A stretch of 64,000 nt of DNA from NCBI RefSeq assembly GCF_000002075.1, contig NW_004797665.1, positions 658,908 to 722,907 of the forward strand, in the 5' to 3' direction. The translations under genes were made by a program, and so were the position numbers. A model generated the notes under the pieces. That model ran no database searches. It was not told where the DNA came from and saw nothing but the letters and a program-made list of their open reading frames with translations. Each line of letters opens with the position of its first letter. The stretch's first letter is position 1. Shown piece after piece: positions 41,401 to 56,300 of the stretch. This DNA comes from Aplysia californica. Lineage: Eukaryota.

Positions 41401-44400
41401 TCAAGAAACAATGGGCCACAAACAAAAAATGTTTACTTACTTATGTTATTCAATGTCTTGGTGATCAGAAACTTGCAAAAATGATATGTGTGCATGACTG
41501 GAGAAGGGTTNNNNNNNNNNNNNNNNNNNNNNNNNNNNNNNNNNNNNNNNNNNNNNNNNNNNNNNNNNNNNNNNNNNNNNNNNNNNNNNNNNNNNNNNNN
41601 NNNNNNNNNNNNNNNNNNNNNNNNNNNNNNNNNNNNNNNNNNNNNNNNNNNNNNNNNNNNNNNNNNNNNNNNNNNNNNNNNNNNNNNNNNNNNNNNNNNN
41701 NNNNNNNNNNNNNNNNNNNNNNNNNNNNNNNNNNNNNNNNNNNNNNNNNNNNNNNNNNNNNNTCAAACTGAATTACAGGGTAATAAAAGTCACAAATCAA
41801 TTTTTATCAAATATAGAGTGCCATAAAAAAAATATTCTTGTTTTGAAGATGTTTTTAACACAATACATAATTTTAAAAATTGCATAAGAACTTCTGCTGT
41901 CGGAGCCTACATTGCGGAAGGTTTCTACAATCATTCATATTAACAAACCCCATCACACTGCATTCCAAAATTTAGGTCAGCTTGTGACCTATCTCTATGT
42001 CAAGTGCCCATGAATATAACAAAACAGTAAGGGACGCTAGGTTTTGTGCATTCGTACTCGATTCTATTTCATGAACAAAGCAAAGCCACAATGACAATGA
42101 CAATCTTTATTCATCTCACAGGGAGAAATTTGTCTTGGTCATTTGCAATGGCAGTAGTAGATGTCACAAAGGTTAAGTGCACTCACGCATATGCACAACA
42201 AAACAGTTCATTAGTAAATACATGTTTTACACACTGAAACAATCTCTCTCTCTCTCTCTCTCTCTCTCCCTCTCTCCCTCCCTCCCTCCCCCCCTCGACA
42301 ACAATTCCTACACTTGATTACTAAAAAATCACCTCCCTTCATGTCCCGTTTAAGAAATTAGATCAGTTTGTGTCTTCTCTCAAGGCGTATAGGGCGCATG
42401 AATACATTGACACAGTAACAGAAGGACAGGTCCACACTTACATGTATGTACCCTCCTACACTTGGTGAGCAAAGTAAAGTCTTTTTGGCAAATTTCTGGT
42501 TTATTTGATTGTGAATTTGATTTTAAAACATTTTAATGACACTTTAAAACTGTTTAATTATCTCAAGCTACTTTGGTTTAGTTTAATAAGAGAATTACGG
42601 CGCTTGCACCTGCGCTACTTTCTTAACTCTTTAAACCCCATCGGATGCTGGGAGCGTCCAGAGGTAATAACCCTGTTCCCCAACAGATGCTGGGAGCATC
42701 TGATACAAGTGACAACTGTTTTGCTTTATTTAAAGCTAGTTTTTTTTCCTGTTTTGCGGAACTATTCCCAATCCAAGTTTTTCTTAGTAATGACTAATCC
42801 TTTGTTTCTGCCATTTAAAAGTTGGAGACAAGCTTTTGGGGTTATAATGAGAAATAGTGCACCAGGTTTAGGTGACTGAAGAGAAAACTCTGGAAACGGT
42901 TGAAAGAAATCAGGGTTTAAAAAGTTAAGTAACTGTGTCGTCAAGGGTTTTGGAGACAAACAATATGCTTGGCCAATTGATCGATATTCACTTCACCTTG
43001 ATCCACACCCCATCCAACAACATTATCCACATCCTAGAAAGAAAGAATTGGGAGCGTCAAGGGCCATAGAAAGAACAACTTCCAGCATGAAAATTGAGAT
43101 TGAGATCGTAACAAGAGCACTTGGCTGGCTTCAAAATACAAGACCAAGGACTACCCATCTCATAATTGTCACGAACTCCAAGAGCATCCTGCGAAGGGTT
43201 GAGAAAGGGCTGCTTCGGAGTGAAAGGATGAACCCACTACAACACTCGTCACTTAGAGCCATCACGTGGATATTCCGTCCAGGGCACTCAGGAGTGAAGG
43301 GCAATGAGGAGGCTGATAGGCTGGAAGGCAGTGCAGTGGTTGATGGTGGGGTGAAATTTGACAAAGGAGAAGTGTTGAAGACCCTGGAGGAAAAGTAGCG
43401 GGATGAGGAAGACGGGGAGACAGCAGAACACCACGCAATCATCAGGATGCGGGAAATGAGGATAGAGAGGGGAGAAAGAAGAAAGGAACGGTTACCTGGA
43501 AAGGAAAGACGTCGCCATAATCAGACAGCCACTGGAACAATCAGTATGGATACCTTGCGGGCTTTGGTGCCGGGAGGAACTGAGTACTTATGGACCTGTC
43601 CAGTGAGCAATGACGTTGTCGCCCAGGACAGGTAATACAGGTAGAAAGAACTGAAGTTATCTTTAAAAGTTTTTAAATATTTGGCTCAAAAATGGTGTAC
43701 CAGAAAAAGAAAGAAAACACAATTTCTCAAAATAAGTAATATAATACCTTTCACCAGGCACACGAACATAGTTATGTTCAGAAACAAATTTTAAAACCTT
43801 TGTCTTTCTTTCAAAATTTGCAATGAATTAAAGACACATTCAAAGTGAGATAGTTCGCAAAGTACTAAGCAAAATACAATAAACTTAATGCAGAAAAAAG
43901 ACTAGACTTCTGGCCAGGTGCTATTATATTACTACCTGAACTTATCACGTCTTACTCAAAGGCATCTCAGCAATATGGAAGCAACGCCATCAACATTGCT
44001 ACACATACTATGTGTACCATTATATATTAACCTCTCAACCCTTGGGTTAACCAATTTTAGTTATACAAGAAGTAGGGGGGAGGGGGGCTCTCGTGGCCTA
44101 GAGGTTAAGGTGTTCGCCTCTCATTCAAAGGTCCTGGGTTCGAATCCGGGTAGCGACCCGAACATTTTCTTCTCTGAAATTGTCTGCTTTCACCTTCTTT
44201 CCTGCTCTCTAGCAATGTTCAGTCGTCTGCTTTCATCTCCACTTTCTGCTGCCACCCCCTCACCTCCTTTGCCCCCTCCTCTGGGCGCCTGACTCTTTCT
44301 GCAACCTTTCTACTGCTACTCCTTGACTCCTTCTTACTGCTATCTTTCAGCCACACCCCTGATCTTCTGGTAGGAAAGATCTACACCTAGGCTTCTCGAA

Positions 44401-47234
44401 CAAGGGCGAAAAAACGTTGAGGTCCCGTGTGCAAGTTGCGCACTTTTCCCTTGATGGTCTAAAATCAATAAGAGAAAGCTTCGGCTGCCACCCTAGCAAA
44501 ATTCAAAATTAGCTACCAACTGAAAATGTTAAAAGTGTCCCACGCACTTATATGACCTAATGAAGTATCGAGCACCATAAAACACTTACCAAAAAAAATA
44601 ATAAAATACAAGAAATATCAGGCCAACAGTTTGATGAATCTAAAAAAATTAATTAAGAAATTTGTCACAGCGCAGTTAGAATCAAGTGCTAGTCAATTTT
44701 CGGGCAAATTGAGTTATTGGTATTCCCTTAAATTAAAGCTTATTTTTTGTTGCTTTCGATGAAAAATTCACCAACTTATCTTGAATAAGAGTCGAGATAT
44801 TTATGATTGAAGGAGTTGGGGCTCGCCTGGTTTTAGAGGTAAAATTAGCGAGAAAATGGCTTCCAAAGTTTGGTGATTTCCATAGCTTGAGAGTCTTTGA
44901 AAATTGAAATGATTTTCAGTAATATCCACACGGACAATTTGTTCTCAAATGGACATAAAAGAAGTTGGGACAAAAAACAAAAAATTGACAAAAATTGCTT
45001 AAGTGGCGGAAAAACTTTAATTTCTTCAATTTCATTATTCTGACAACACCTGATTTCACCACAATGCCTCACAAATTGTTTTACAAAGGACTCTTATGAA
45101 AAAAAAAGAGACTTGAGTTTATGCTGTAATCAGTGTGACAAGAAAGACTTACTTTGTCTACAAGGGTAACAATATCTGTTCTCCTGGCCAGTCTTGCCAC
45201 ATCTCTAAGAGTAACTCCAGTCTGTACAGAATATCAAACAAGGTCAGAAACAAGTATTCAATGGTATCGTATATTATGTCACTTATTTAGAGAACATGAA
45301 AAAGAAAACAATCCCTCTCTAATGCAGTGGAATCTCAGCAATAGAGAGAAACTTAAGTGTCATCAACAGCCTTGTACTGGTACTTTACATGATTAATCTA
45401 TATCTCTTCTCTTATCAAACTGACACATCACACATTGCCAGTATAGAGCAAACTGAAACAGTTGAAAAAGTCATGTTAAATTATAGGAAAAAGAAAAGTT
45501 TACGCAGAAAAAATTATACGGTTCATATTATTCTCAATTTCTCATCAACTTACTGAGTAACACTCATAAATTGTATGACACAGTAGTACTCTTTCACACA
45601 AAAAGTAATAAGAGTGCATTTAACGTTAACATCATTATTTATCTTAGACAATGACAGATGTACATATTTTTCTAATTGACATAAATATACATTTCGTCGG
45701 TGCTCTGTTGGAACTTTGTGACTCTTTTTTTTAAACAGCCTATCGTTTTTAATGATAACACTGAAACGATCATATTTTGTCAATATACCCTGATGGGCCT
45801 TAGACAAATTCATGCAATGAAGTTTGTGTTCTACCTGGCATTAACAGTGTAGATGGTAAAGAGGAGTTCTAAAACTGACCAACTTTTCTGTGAGTCTTTT
45901 TTTGTAGGATTATCTTCTCAGGTAAAAGATTATCTTCAAAAACCCACCATCAAAGTAGATTGCATGAAAGTCAGAAAGAATAAAATCAGCAGTTTGAAAT
46001 TTAGATTGTTGCAACATGAAGAAGCAGCCGTTTTGAGAATAATATGAACCGTATAATTTTTTCTGCGTAAACTTTTCTTTTTCCTATAATTTAACATGAC
46101 TTTTTTTCACACTACCCTTAAATCCCCACTCAAATGATTACTCTTTTACAAACAATACACTACTATATCTTCAGTCAAAGCTCACCATGTCCCTTTGAGA
46201 AACATCTAGATCATTTTTCATCATGTACTCTATGACCTCAGCCGAGACCTTCCTGTGAGTCTTATCCAGTGCATACACTGCAGCATTTCTTCCCCTCTGG
46301 TAAGTCATGAAAGAGAGAGAAGAAATTATTAGTAGGTGCTTGAAGCAGCTTGTAAAACTTTCCATACAGCAACACAATTTTTCTAATCATTTCAATTTTT
46401 TGACAAAGCAAAGTAAACATGTTTATCTTATCCTTACGGAGAAATTTGGGTTACAAAGGGAAGTACAATGTATGCAGAAAATAATAGACAAATTTCATCA
46501 ACCTGACATGACAATGAACAATGTAGCAGCGATAAACAATATTATACAAACATGCCACAGCTTGATGTCTCAGTACAGAAGGAAAGTAAGAATATTCTGC
46601 AGTGGTAGCCAATATCTCCCCCAGTAATGACTTGACAAACAAAACTTGCATAACATTTTGTCATGTTGATAACTCTGTAAGTGACAATGGACCTAAAATT
46701 GTACCCATAAAACATAATAGGAGAAAATGTTTTTCTGCCTCTTGTAGAGTCACGTTATTACAACACACTACACTGTGGAAGTAAAATGAACAAATAACAA
46801 TAAGAGCATGTTTATAATGTTTGACCTGCCCGCAAGGCTTCCTCAGTCCCAGGCCATCTAGCCCGCACGTCTGGCCTCGACATTGGAGGCCTACCACGTT
46901 CCCGGAGGGTCAATGCGAAAAGCGGCGATAGACCAGTGCGTTGGTGCGGGTGATGGAGCATTATCGCACTGTACTCACTAGACTGGCCTACAACGAACCT
47001 TACTTAAATGCTATGCATTTTTGTTGTTGCAGCTTTATTGTGAGAGTTTATCGGCTCTTATAACAAAAGAAGATCTCTCCAGTGACAGAGTATCAATTCG
47101 TAAACATGAAAATGAATTACGTTTACATTTTACCACCCAAAAAAAGACCGTGGCACACTAGTAGGATAACTTTTGTTCTTCACTTGCAACATCGTTCTCA
47201 TTCTACATGTTTCAACAAATATGAAAGAAAATTA

Positions 47235-47308
<74 letters not shown>

Positions 47309-50300
47309 TCCCTGTAAGTTTCTAAACGCGTAAGTCCGTTGAGGCAAATTTTACAGGAGAGACAAAAGACGTAATAAATAGTAAAAACAGAATGCAAATG
47401 TACTGCTCTTTCTACATCTCGTAAAGAATACTTCTATGTATACAACTGTCAATGTGAAAATTCTTTTGTTTTTGAAAATTAATCATAAAACAGACTTACG
47501 TGTTTAGAGACTCTAAATTTGAAACATTTAAAAGCGTAAATCAAACCCGCGGACTTGCGTAATAAATTGGAGCAGAAAGTTTGTAAGCTCTACTCGCGTA
47601 AGTTTGCGGCAGGTGGCCGTGGTTAGCCACATGCGTTTAGAGCTTTCATAATTTTAACATGTGGCTTGTGAATCATTGACTTACTTGTTTACAGCACGAA
47701 TCTTTCAGTTTATTTATTAGAAAAACTATGCAAAGGACTTTGAAGAAATAAGGCAGATTGGTTTGATAGATTTTAGGTGCATTTAACTTTGCAAGTAATA
47801 TTGATTGATCGAATTAATTGGTTTATTAACTATACTTCTGGTTGATATTATTCTTATTTCCCAGTCCTTTCACACTTTCAACACCAATCGACCGTAGGTC
47901 TATTATAAGTAAGAGGATTATGACGAAAGACAACAGAAGAAAACCCTTAGAATGACAAAGTGTAGCTTGTGTGAGAAGTAGCAAAGGAGCAGCCTTCCAA
48001 TCACCCAACAAATTACGAAAAGGAGCCAGTTCATTCTTTCAAGAACATTTTCAACTGTATTAAAGTAATGCTGTAACTGTAACACATTATATAATATAAC
48101 AGAACATTTTACATAATCAAAAAGACATCAATTCAATATCACCAAGTAGAAATTTAAAATGATTCCATATTGTATCATTCAACCTCCCCCGAAAGAAAAA
48201 ATCCCTAAGAAGACTTATTCAAGTTAATGATCCAGAACTATATAAAATAAAGAACTGCCTGAAAAAACAATTATCTAACCAGTATTCGTAGCAGTGAGAA
48301 GGAAAAGGTGGTGCTGGATTGGACATGTCCTTAGAATGGACCCAAATGTCACTCCCAGGATAGCCAGAGGAACAAAAAAAAAGGGGGGGGGGGCGCCCGC
48401 CGGAGGCCCGGCGAAGGAGCATTGAACAGGAGATAAAGTCCAAGGGATGGTCATGGGGACAGATCAAGAGATTGGCCTTAGACAGGGAGAGATAGCGTCC
48501 CGCCGTATCAGCCTTATGGGCTGCGCAAGCACCCTCCAGATAACAAGAAGAAAATGTATATAATAATTGTAGACAAAATTGATTGCTTTGATAAAGTGTA
48601 TTGTTGAGGACATTCCCGATTCAGTCTTGTTTCAACTTGTCATAAAATGCCCAACACTCCGATGATATTACTGATTTTAGTGCTTGCAAATGTTTGAATT
48701 TGACATTTGAGATGCTCCTGCTGGCATAAAACAGCTTCTTGGGAGTGGCAATCAGTGCTGTAGACTGATTTCTTCTTTCCCTTCTTCCGAGGGATACACT
48801 TATCTATTTACAATCATTGACCGCAGCACACGCTGGCCAGAAGTGATACCCCTACAAAACACATCTACTGTCACTTGTGCACATGCGCTCATCAGTGTAT
48901 GGATAGCCCGTTTTGGCATCCCAACAGACATTACTTCCGACAGGGGTTCTCAATTCACGTCTGCCCTCTGGACGGAAATTATGGAAAGACTCGGGACTAA
49001 GATCCATCGAACGACTTCCTATCATCCACAGTCGAACGGAATCGTCGAGAGATTCCATAGGACTCTTAAATCCTCACTCATGGCTCGACTGCATAGTCCC
49101 AACTGGATGGAACAACTACCATGGGTCATGCTGGGCCTAAGAACTGTTCCTAAGGAGGACATCGGAACTTCAGTGGCTGAGTTAGTGTACGGAGAACCTC
49201 TCACAATTCCAGGAGAACTGATTGCTGCCACCGCCACCCCTTTCTGTGTCACTGAACAGCTGAATGATTTTCGCGGCCAGGCCCAATCATTCCTACCCAC
49301 TCCAACTTCACGACACTGCCAGCCTCCAAACAAGGAGCCAAGCACTTTGACAACAGCAAAGTATGACTTTGTCAGATGCGACGCCTCTCAACATCCCTTA
49401 CAACATCCATACACTGGACCATACTTCGTAACCGCTCGGAACAGCAAGACTTTCCACATACTCATGGGAAATAGGACAGAAACGATTTCGATTGATCGCC
49501 TGAAACCGGCCCACGTAGAAACGTCGCAACCAGTCCTTATCGCTCACCCACCGAAACGTGGACGGCCCAGAACTATCACAACAAACAATCCTGCTCCTCC
49601 ACCTCCACCTTCTTCATCTCAGCAGCCTCATCTTACGGCTTCCAAGAGCTCCAGGTCCGGACGTCAACTTCGTCCACCTAGGAGGTTTATATGAGGACAA
49701 TACTGGTGGGGGGTTGTGTGGGGTTATGCGAAACACTACGAGTACGATCGCATTGACCTCACAAGGACAAGGACACAGTGAGTAAAAATCAAGACCGAGA
49801 GGCGAGCAGTTCAACTCACGACAACTCAAGAGGTAGGTCTTAGCTTTATTTAAGCGCTACTCCTACAACATAATACTTGACACAAAAGTGGGACACAGGA
49901 AAAAGTAGTCATCATAGAAGTAAAGATCTCATGAGAAGGCCTAGTCAGCTACTGGTTCTTCAACCTGCAGTGCTACTGATTTTTACATAGGTGACCAATT
50001 TTCCTACTTAGTAGGGTTAATGTTTAAATACAGGCAGCCACATTCTAATTTCAAAGGTACTCTACATGTTTTTATATTGACTAAAGTATTTTCCAGTATC
50101 AGTTTTAGTAGCAATTATGAATTTTGCCTGGGTGAGGGCTGAAACCTACTATTATCGACTTTAGGACCACATAGGGATCTTTAACATGCAGTAACTAAGT
50201 GATCTCGAGTGAAACAGCAGTACAGTACAACGTTTGCCCCAGACAGGATCCCACCATGGTGTGAACTCGTTGAGGTGTTCGTTTTCCCAAAACATTACAC

Positions 50301-53300
50301 TCACAACATCTGAGCTCTCCACCTGAACCTAAAACACAAGCATGGTAGATAAAGCCTATACATCCACATCAGACAGGATCTCATCAAACTGAGAGCTCTT
50401 CTGTGCTTTTGTTTCCCTGACCATTGCAGAAGTTATCTCTACATGCAAATTTTCTGGACAAACTGAATTTTAATGGCTATGGTCACAAAAAACATTGGTG
50501 CGTTACCACAGAAGTGGGGAAACTTGGTCAGATTTGGAAAGCTATAAATTTTGGACAAGTAAAGAGATGAAACAATAGGATCAGCGAGGATCTTGAGACT
50601 CACGACAGGATCAGTGAAAATGGCATGCCTCATGCCATTGTGACAGGTCATCAAGGTTGACCACTCTTTGCTCATCATAAGTCATAAACCCACCAAGGGG
50701 TCACGTCAAGTACACTTCAGAGTAAAGGGAGACCGGGAGACATTCCACCAATTGTAGGCCTGAACATAAGTCACTGTGGATTAGTGCATCAGCTAAGATC
50801 CTGCATTTTCCTTGCTCCCAAGTACATTATCTCAGGCGGAGACAATAAAACATACCTCGTCTTTTAAAGTAAAGTTGGCACCAGCCTTGAGAACTGTCCA
50901 CATGATGTCATCCGAGACATTGGGATCAAGCACAGCAAAATACAGAGGAGCCTGAATGTAAAGGAAAAAATATTAGTCTTATGATAACAATGCTGATTCT
51001 TATTTTTCTCATTTATGGTACACACAAATAAAAGTAGCTACAGCTAAAAATTATGCACATGATGGGAAGATCAGTAAAATGGACAACAGTTACTTATCGT
51101 TCCAAAATAGGTAGCTCAGACCTAACCCCTGTCCTGCACATGACACATCCATGAGCTGGCCAATGGATACATAAAGCCCTTTTGCATTATACACACTTCC
51201 TGCCCATGCATGAAGCAACACTCCAGTACTTTTAACAACCTGTTGAATGCAGCAAACTGAATACAAGTGACAACAAAAAAGTAGCCACTTGCAGCATATT
51301 CTATAAGATGAAACAGGACATACACAAAGCTCAAGAGATGCTTTAAACAGTATGTATACATTTCATCAACATATTATATCTGTTCAGTGTTGTTTAGTTC
51401 TAGTTTTAGTAGAGTTTTTACGGCGCACACAACTGCATACGGTCATAAGAGCAATAGTTTCAACAGTACGAAGTCTTCTTCGACTATCAAGGCACCCTGG
51501 AAACAGAAGGTCACAAGAGGGTGAAAAACATACAAAAGAAATAGAGGAAAAATGATGATAGTAAAGATTAGGAAAGAAAAAGCAGCAGTTCCCTTGAAAA
51601 ATGATGATAGTAAAGATTAGGAAAGAAAAAGCAGCAGTTCCCTATTGCAGTTCAGGCACAGTTATGAGCATGACATTGATGAATCAGCCCATTTACAATT
51701 CTACTTTGCATGAGAACAGGTTAATGTCCCCCCTATGGGAATGGCCTAAGGACACTTCAGTCAGTAGCACCGGCCCCGGGGGATGGTTCAGTGTTGATAA
51801 TTTCGAACATTGTGAGAAAATCTCAGAAAACGCAAAGGAAAAAAATGCAATGTACCTTGATATAGTTCTGTAAGGTTACCCGTAAGTTGACATTGACCTT
51901 TGACTTGCAAATCATCCGAACCAAACGAACATCTTTCAGTTTGATGGCATACTGCAGAATGTGGCATGAATCAGCACCCTGTACAATAAACCGAGTGATG
52001 CACATGAATAAAAAAGAGATTTTGTTAACATTGTAAATATCTCATCAATAAACATACACCTTACATTCTCAAAACCTCCATACTTTCTCCTTCAAACATT
52101 GCATGTTTTCCTTTCCAAACAGACAATGAGTCAAATTGCTACTCATGACTTTGCACAAGTAGTATGAAACCTCACATGAGGTTTGAGAGCAAGCAGAGTG
52201 ACCAGCGGCTTTTTCATCTTCAGTCTGCTGGAACGCAGTAAATAATTTCCAAATTTTTCTATGGCTTGTAAAGAAAAATTGGCCACTAACATTTAGGAAA
52301 TTTTTCCTGTCAAATATGGTGCTCAAACACATCTATATCTTCTGAATATTTGTAAGTTTTAAACAATCTGGAATGTTTGAAAACATGCAAATGGCTCTCA
52401 GGCACTTTTTCCACTTACAAGAGAACCAAGAAAACAAAATACTTACGTAATTGACATAGTTTACATCACATTTCGCATGCGTCAAAAATGTCCATGCTTT
52501 TTCAGCATCTCGCTCCAGCACAGCATAGATAGCCCCCTAAAAATTTTTTATGATATGAAAAAGAAAAAAACTTTTAATAAAGGAGGCTGCAGATCTTTCA
52601 AATACACAAAGAATATGTTGAGAAAAGTATGCATTCTTTTGTTTTAATATTGTGCAACAAGTTTACAAAACACATCAGTAATAATGTTAGCTCGGTTCAA
52701 CTCACACTGTAAACTTCCAATTCTTTCATTACAGTGTAAAACAACAATCTGAGCTTCCTATGTAAATTCTAAACTTTAAAAATTTGGACACTTCTTAACA
52801 AAGAAACACTATATATTGCAAATTTTATACACATAAACAAAGTACTAGTTCATTCAAGTTTGAAAACCTTGAGACAAAGTCCCCTTTTTACATTGTTGAA
52901 ATCCATTTATATATATATAATAATGAAGTATTAATGACCATAACATTTTTACACTTTGACAGGCTGCCAAGACAAATAGATCTTTAAAATAATATTCTCT
53001 AATCAGCACCACTGTTTCTCTATTTCCATTTGTATTCAGAAGTCTGACTTGAAACACCAGTTTAAAAAGATGGACTTTTACCCAGTTACGACCTTACACT
53101 GAACTGAGATGGAAGTACACCTAGATGGATGACAGGATTCTGGAAGATGGTAAATAACACACAAAAAATTCAAGTGAGTCCACTAATATGAAGCAGACAG
53201 CAATGAGTCTTCAGAATTCATTATTATACTTACGAGAGTGTGTCTGTGAAAATCCACATGAAACACGATGTCATGAAACTTGCGACAGGCCGCAAACTGT

Positions 53301-56300
53301 CGAAGAGTTTTCCCATCCTGTTCCCAAAATTAAAGAAACCAATGGTCACTTGATTTTATCAATCATAACAGCCACGACAGTATACAAAACTTTTTTAAAA
53401 GAGCAAAATATTTTACGAGTCGGCAATTCCTACTCCAGACCTAAGATAATGTTTTAAGAAACGACAGTAGTTTACTCTCCTATTTACCATTTGTGTCACA
53501 ACGGGGTGGAATAAGGCGCTCATCCATTTTTTGTGCATGTGGAGTTATTGGCATTGCCTTAAAGCTTGTTCATTTACCTTGCTTCCGATGAAAGAGTTAC
53601 CTGTTTATCTTGAGTACATTTCGAGATATTTACAATTGAATGAGATGGGGTTCGCCTGGTTTCAGATGTAAAATTAGTGAGAAATGGCCCCCAAAGTTTG
53701 CTCATTTACAAAGCCTTAGAGTCTGCGGAGAGTGACAATTTACATTTTTTGTGCCTTTAATCAACGTTTTTCAAAATAGTTCACACTGAAAGGGCTTCTA
53801 AAATAGACACCAAAAAAAAATTTCAATAAAAATTGCCAAATCAGCGAAAAAGTGCCAGTTTCTTTACTTTCAATATTTTGACGAGAGCCTGATTTCAACA
53901 CGCTGCCTCACATTTTTATTTTACATGATAAAGTTGAGAAACCCATTTTTATCTCTCTCTTGTTCTCTGTTATTCTCATTCCTTCTCTTTTCTCTATATA
54001 TGTCATGAAAACTGACTCTGTGATAAAACCTTTGTAAATCAATCACAAATTTAAACATATGTGTCTTGACATGATAGAATCAGGCGCTCATCAATATTTA
54101 TGCATATAGAACAAACAGTTTCATCTTAATGTATTCGTTTGTCTTGCTATTAGTGAAAAAAATACCCATCTATCTTGAATAAAAGTCGAGATATTTGCCA
54201 TTGAAGGTGGTGGTAGTCGCCTGATGTAAGAGAAAAAATAAGCGAGAGAGTGGCCACCAAAGTAAGGTGAATTCCAAAATGTACCAGTCTTAGGAAACTG
54301 CAAATTAAAATTGTGTGCCTTTGATCAAACCTTTTCAGTAAAATCCACATGTGAAAGTTGTTTTTAAAAGGACATAAAAGGTGATGAGCCAAAAAAAAGA
54401 CAATTTGAAAACAATTGCTCAACGGCCAGAAAAATGCAGAGTTTTTTTTCAGATTCACTATTTTGACAAGTAGGCCTATATATTAACTCATTCGCTACAC
54501 CGAGCCGTGGGGGGCGGCGCGGTTATAGCCCGGACACCAGTCTTAGTAATTTAAACAAAATCTATCATTATTTTGCCCACTAAAGAAATGTAGGACTCTT
54601 TTTTATAATATTGATACGACTGGACTCATATTGCCAATGCACTAGCCGTTATTGAGAAATCAATATTTTTGAGTGCTAGATCTAGGTCTAGATCTAAATT
54701 GTCAAAATATTTTTTCTCCCCAAAATCACTACTTTTTTATGAAATTACACAAAAAGTGCCACTCAAGACATGTATAGGTTTATTCCAAATGCAATTCTGA
54801 ATAATTCCATATAAGATACGAGTAAGTTTTTTTCTGTTTGTGATCATTTTTCAAGATTATAAATAACATTTTTTTTTTTTTTCAATATCGGATGTTATGA
54901 TCCAAATGTACAAATATTATGGAATGTATGTAAATAACTGCAAACTTTTCAATATTTTCCAGTTCTATATTCATTTATGGTTATTTTGATGTATCATTTG
55001 ACTAGGTGCAAACGTATTTTTTGAGTTTCACCAAAGATTATTAATTTTTTATTTTCAAATTTTATCCGCATCCAATCAAAATTGTGTTGCATAATCGCCT
55101 CTTACAGGAACCAAAGTTGAAAAATACATAAATAAACATTACAGATGTATTCTACAAACCATACTGAAAATATTGGTATATAATACATTGATATTTATTT
55201 GAATTTGTGGCCCCAAAGACCTTTTAACTGCCCACTAGTCATCACCTCATTTGCCCTCCGGAAAAAATCCATCCACAAGCCGAAAATAATACGTAGCGAA
55301 TGAGTTGGAATAAAGTAAATTTTAAGAACAAAATATAAAGACCAATCCTCGAAATTCAACTTTTAGTTCATGTTCCTTTCAAAAGCACTAGGAAAAGTCT
55401 GAGAATCATCCATAGAAATCAGCACTAGAATTTACACATGCGTTTTACAAACAAATTTCTTTTGGAAAAGTAAATCACAGGATTTCTTTTATCAAGAGTG
55501 GTATCGATTGCACAAATCTCACCCTTAAAGTGTCCACCCGTGTCCAGCAATGCAACAGGTTAAGAACTTTGTCAACATCATGGGCAGCTATAGCCTCAAA
55601 TATTCCTGGCTGCAAAGCAAAATTCACAAAACAAGAACAGGCTTACATGAGACACAATTTTATTATATACAGGGTGATAAAAAAAAAACTACAACTTTTT
55701 TTTCAAAATATCTGGCAAAATTTTTTTACTAGAATGTTGTAATTAGGAATAGATATAATTCGTTCAAAAGGAATTAGTTTGACATAAAATTCACAAAGAA
55801 TAAACTTATTTTCGAAAGCGGAAATGGCTTTTATAAAAACTACCTATAAATGCACAATGCGCCAATAAGATCTTGTAAGGAAAATCATGTAATGATTGGT
55901 TTGGTTTTTTTCCTTTTCTTTTATTTAAAAAATCCATCCCTGTAACTTGTAAACAATAGTTCTTTTCTCCTACAGATTTAAAATAATATTTGTTTAAATT
56001 CAGGAACTGGAACTCTGAGAACCAATGGTCAAAATGTCCTCCTTTGGACTCGACACATTGTATCGCGTCGTTCCTAATGTTCAGTGGTGGCCAAAGACAA
56101 GGATCCACTCAACCATGAGTACTCAAAGCCACACACACTGTAGACCTTACAGTATGGAGCTGTTTCTAGAGACAATGGGGGGGGGGGGTGCCCAAGTAGA
56201 CAGCATTTGTGGAGTTGATATAACCTGAAAGGTGAATATGGGCTCCGCCAAGGAACCAAATGTCATAGAAGTAGAAGAAATGTTCACGCTTTTCAAACGA

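Noticed and set aside
46830-47005. GC/CpG-rich patch as an ncRNA or exon
   Set aside because: No recognisable RNA family, splice signals or coding pattern; most likely a repeat fragment.
51548-51643. ~48-bp tandem duplication
   Set aside because: A local slippage duplication inside a decayed repeat; no sign of function.
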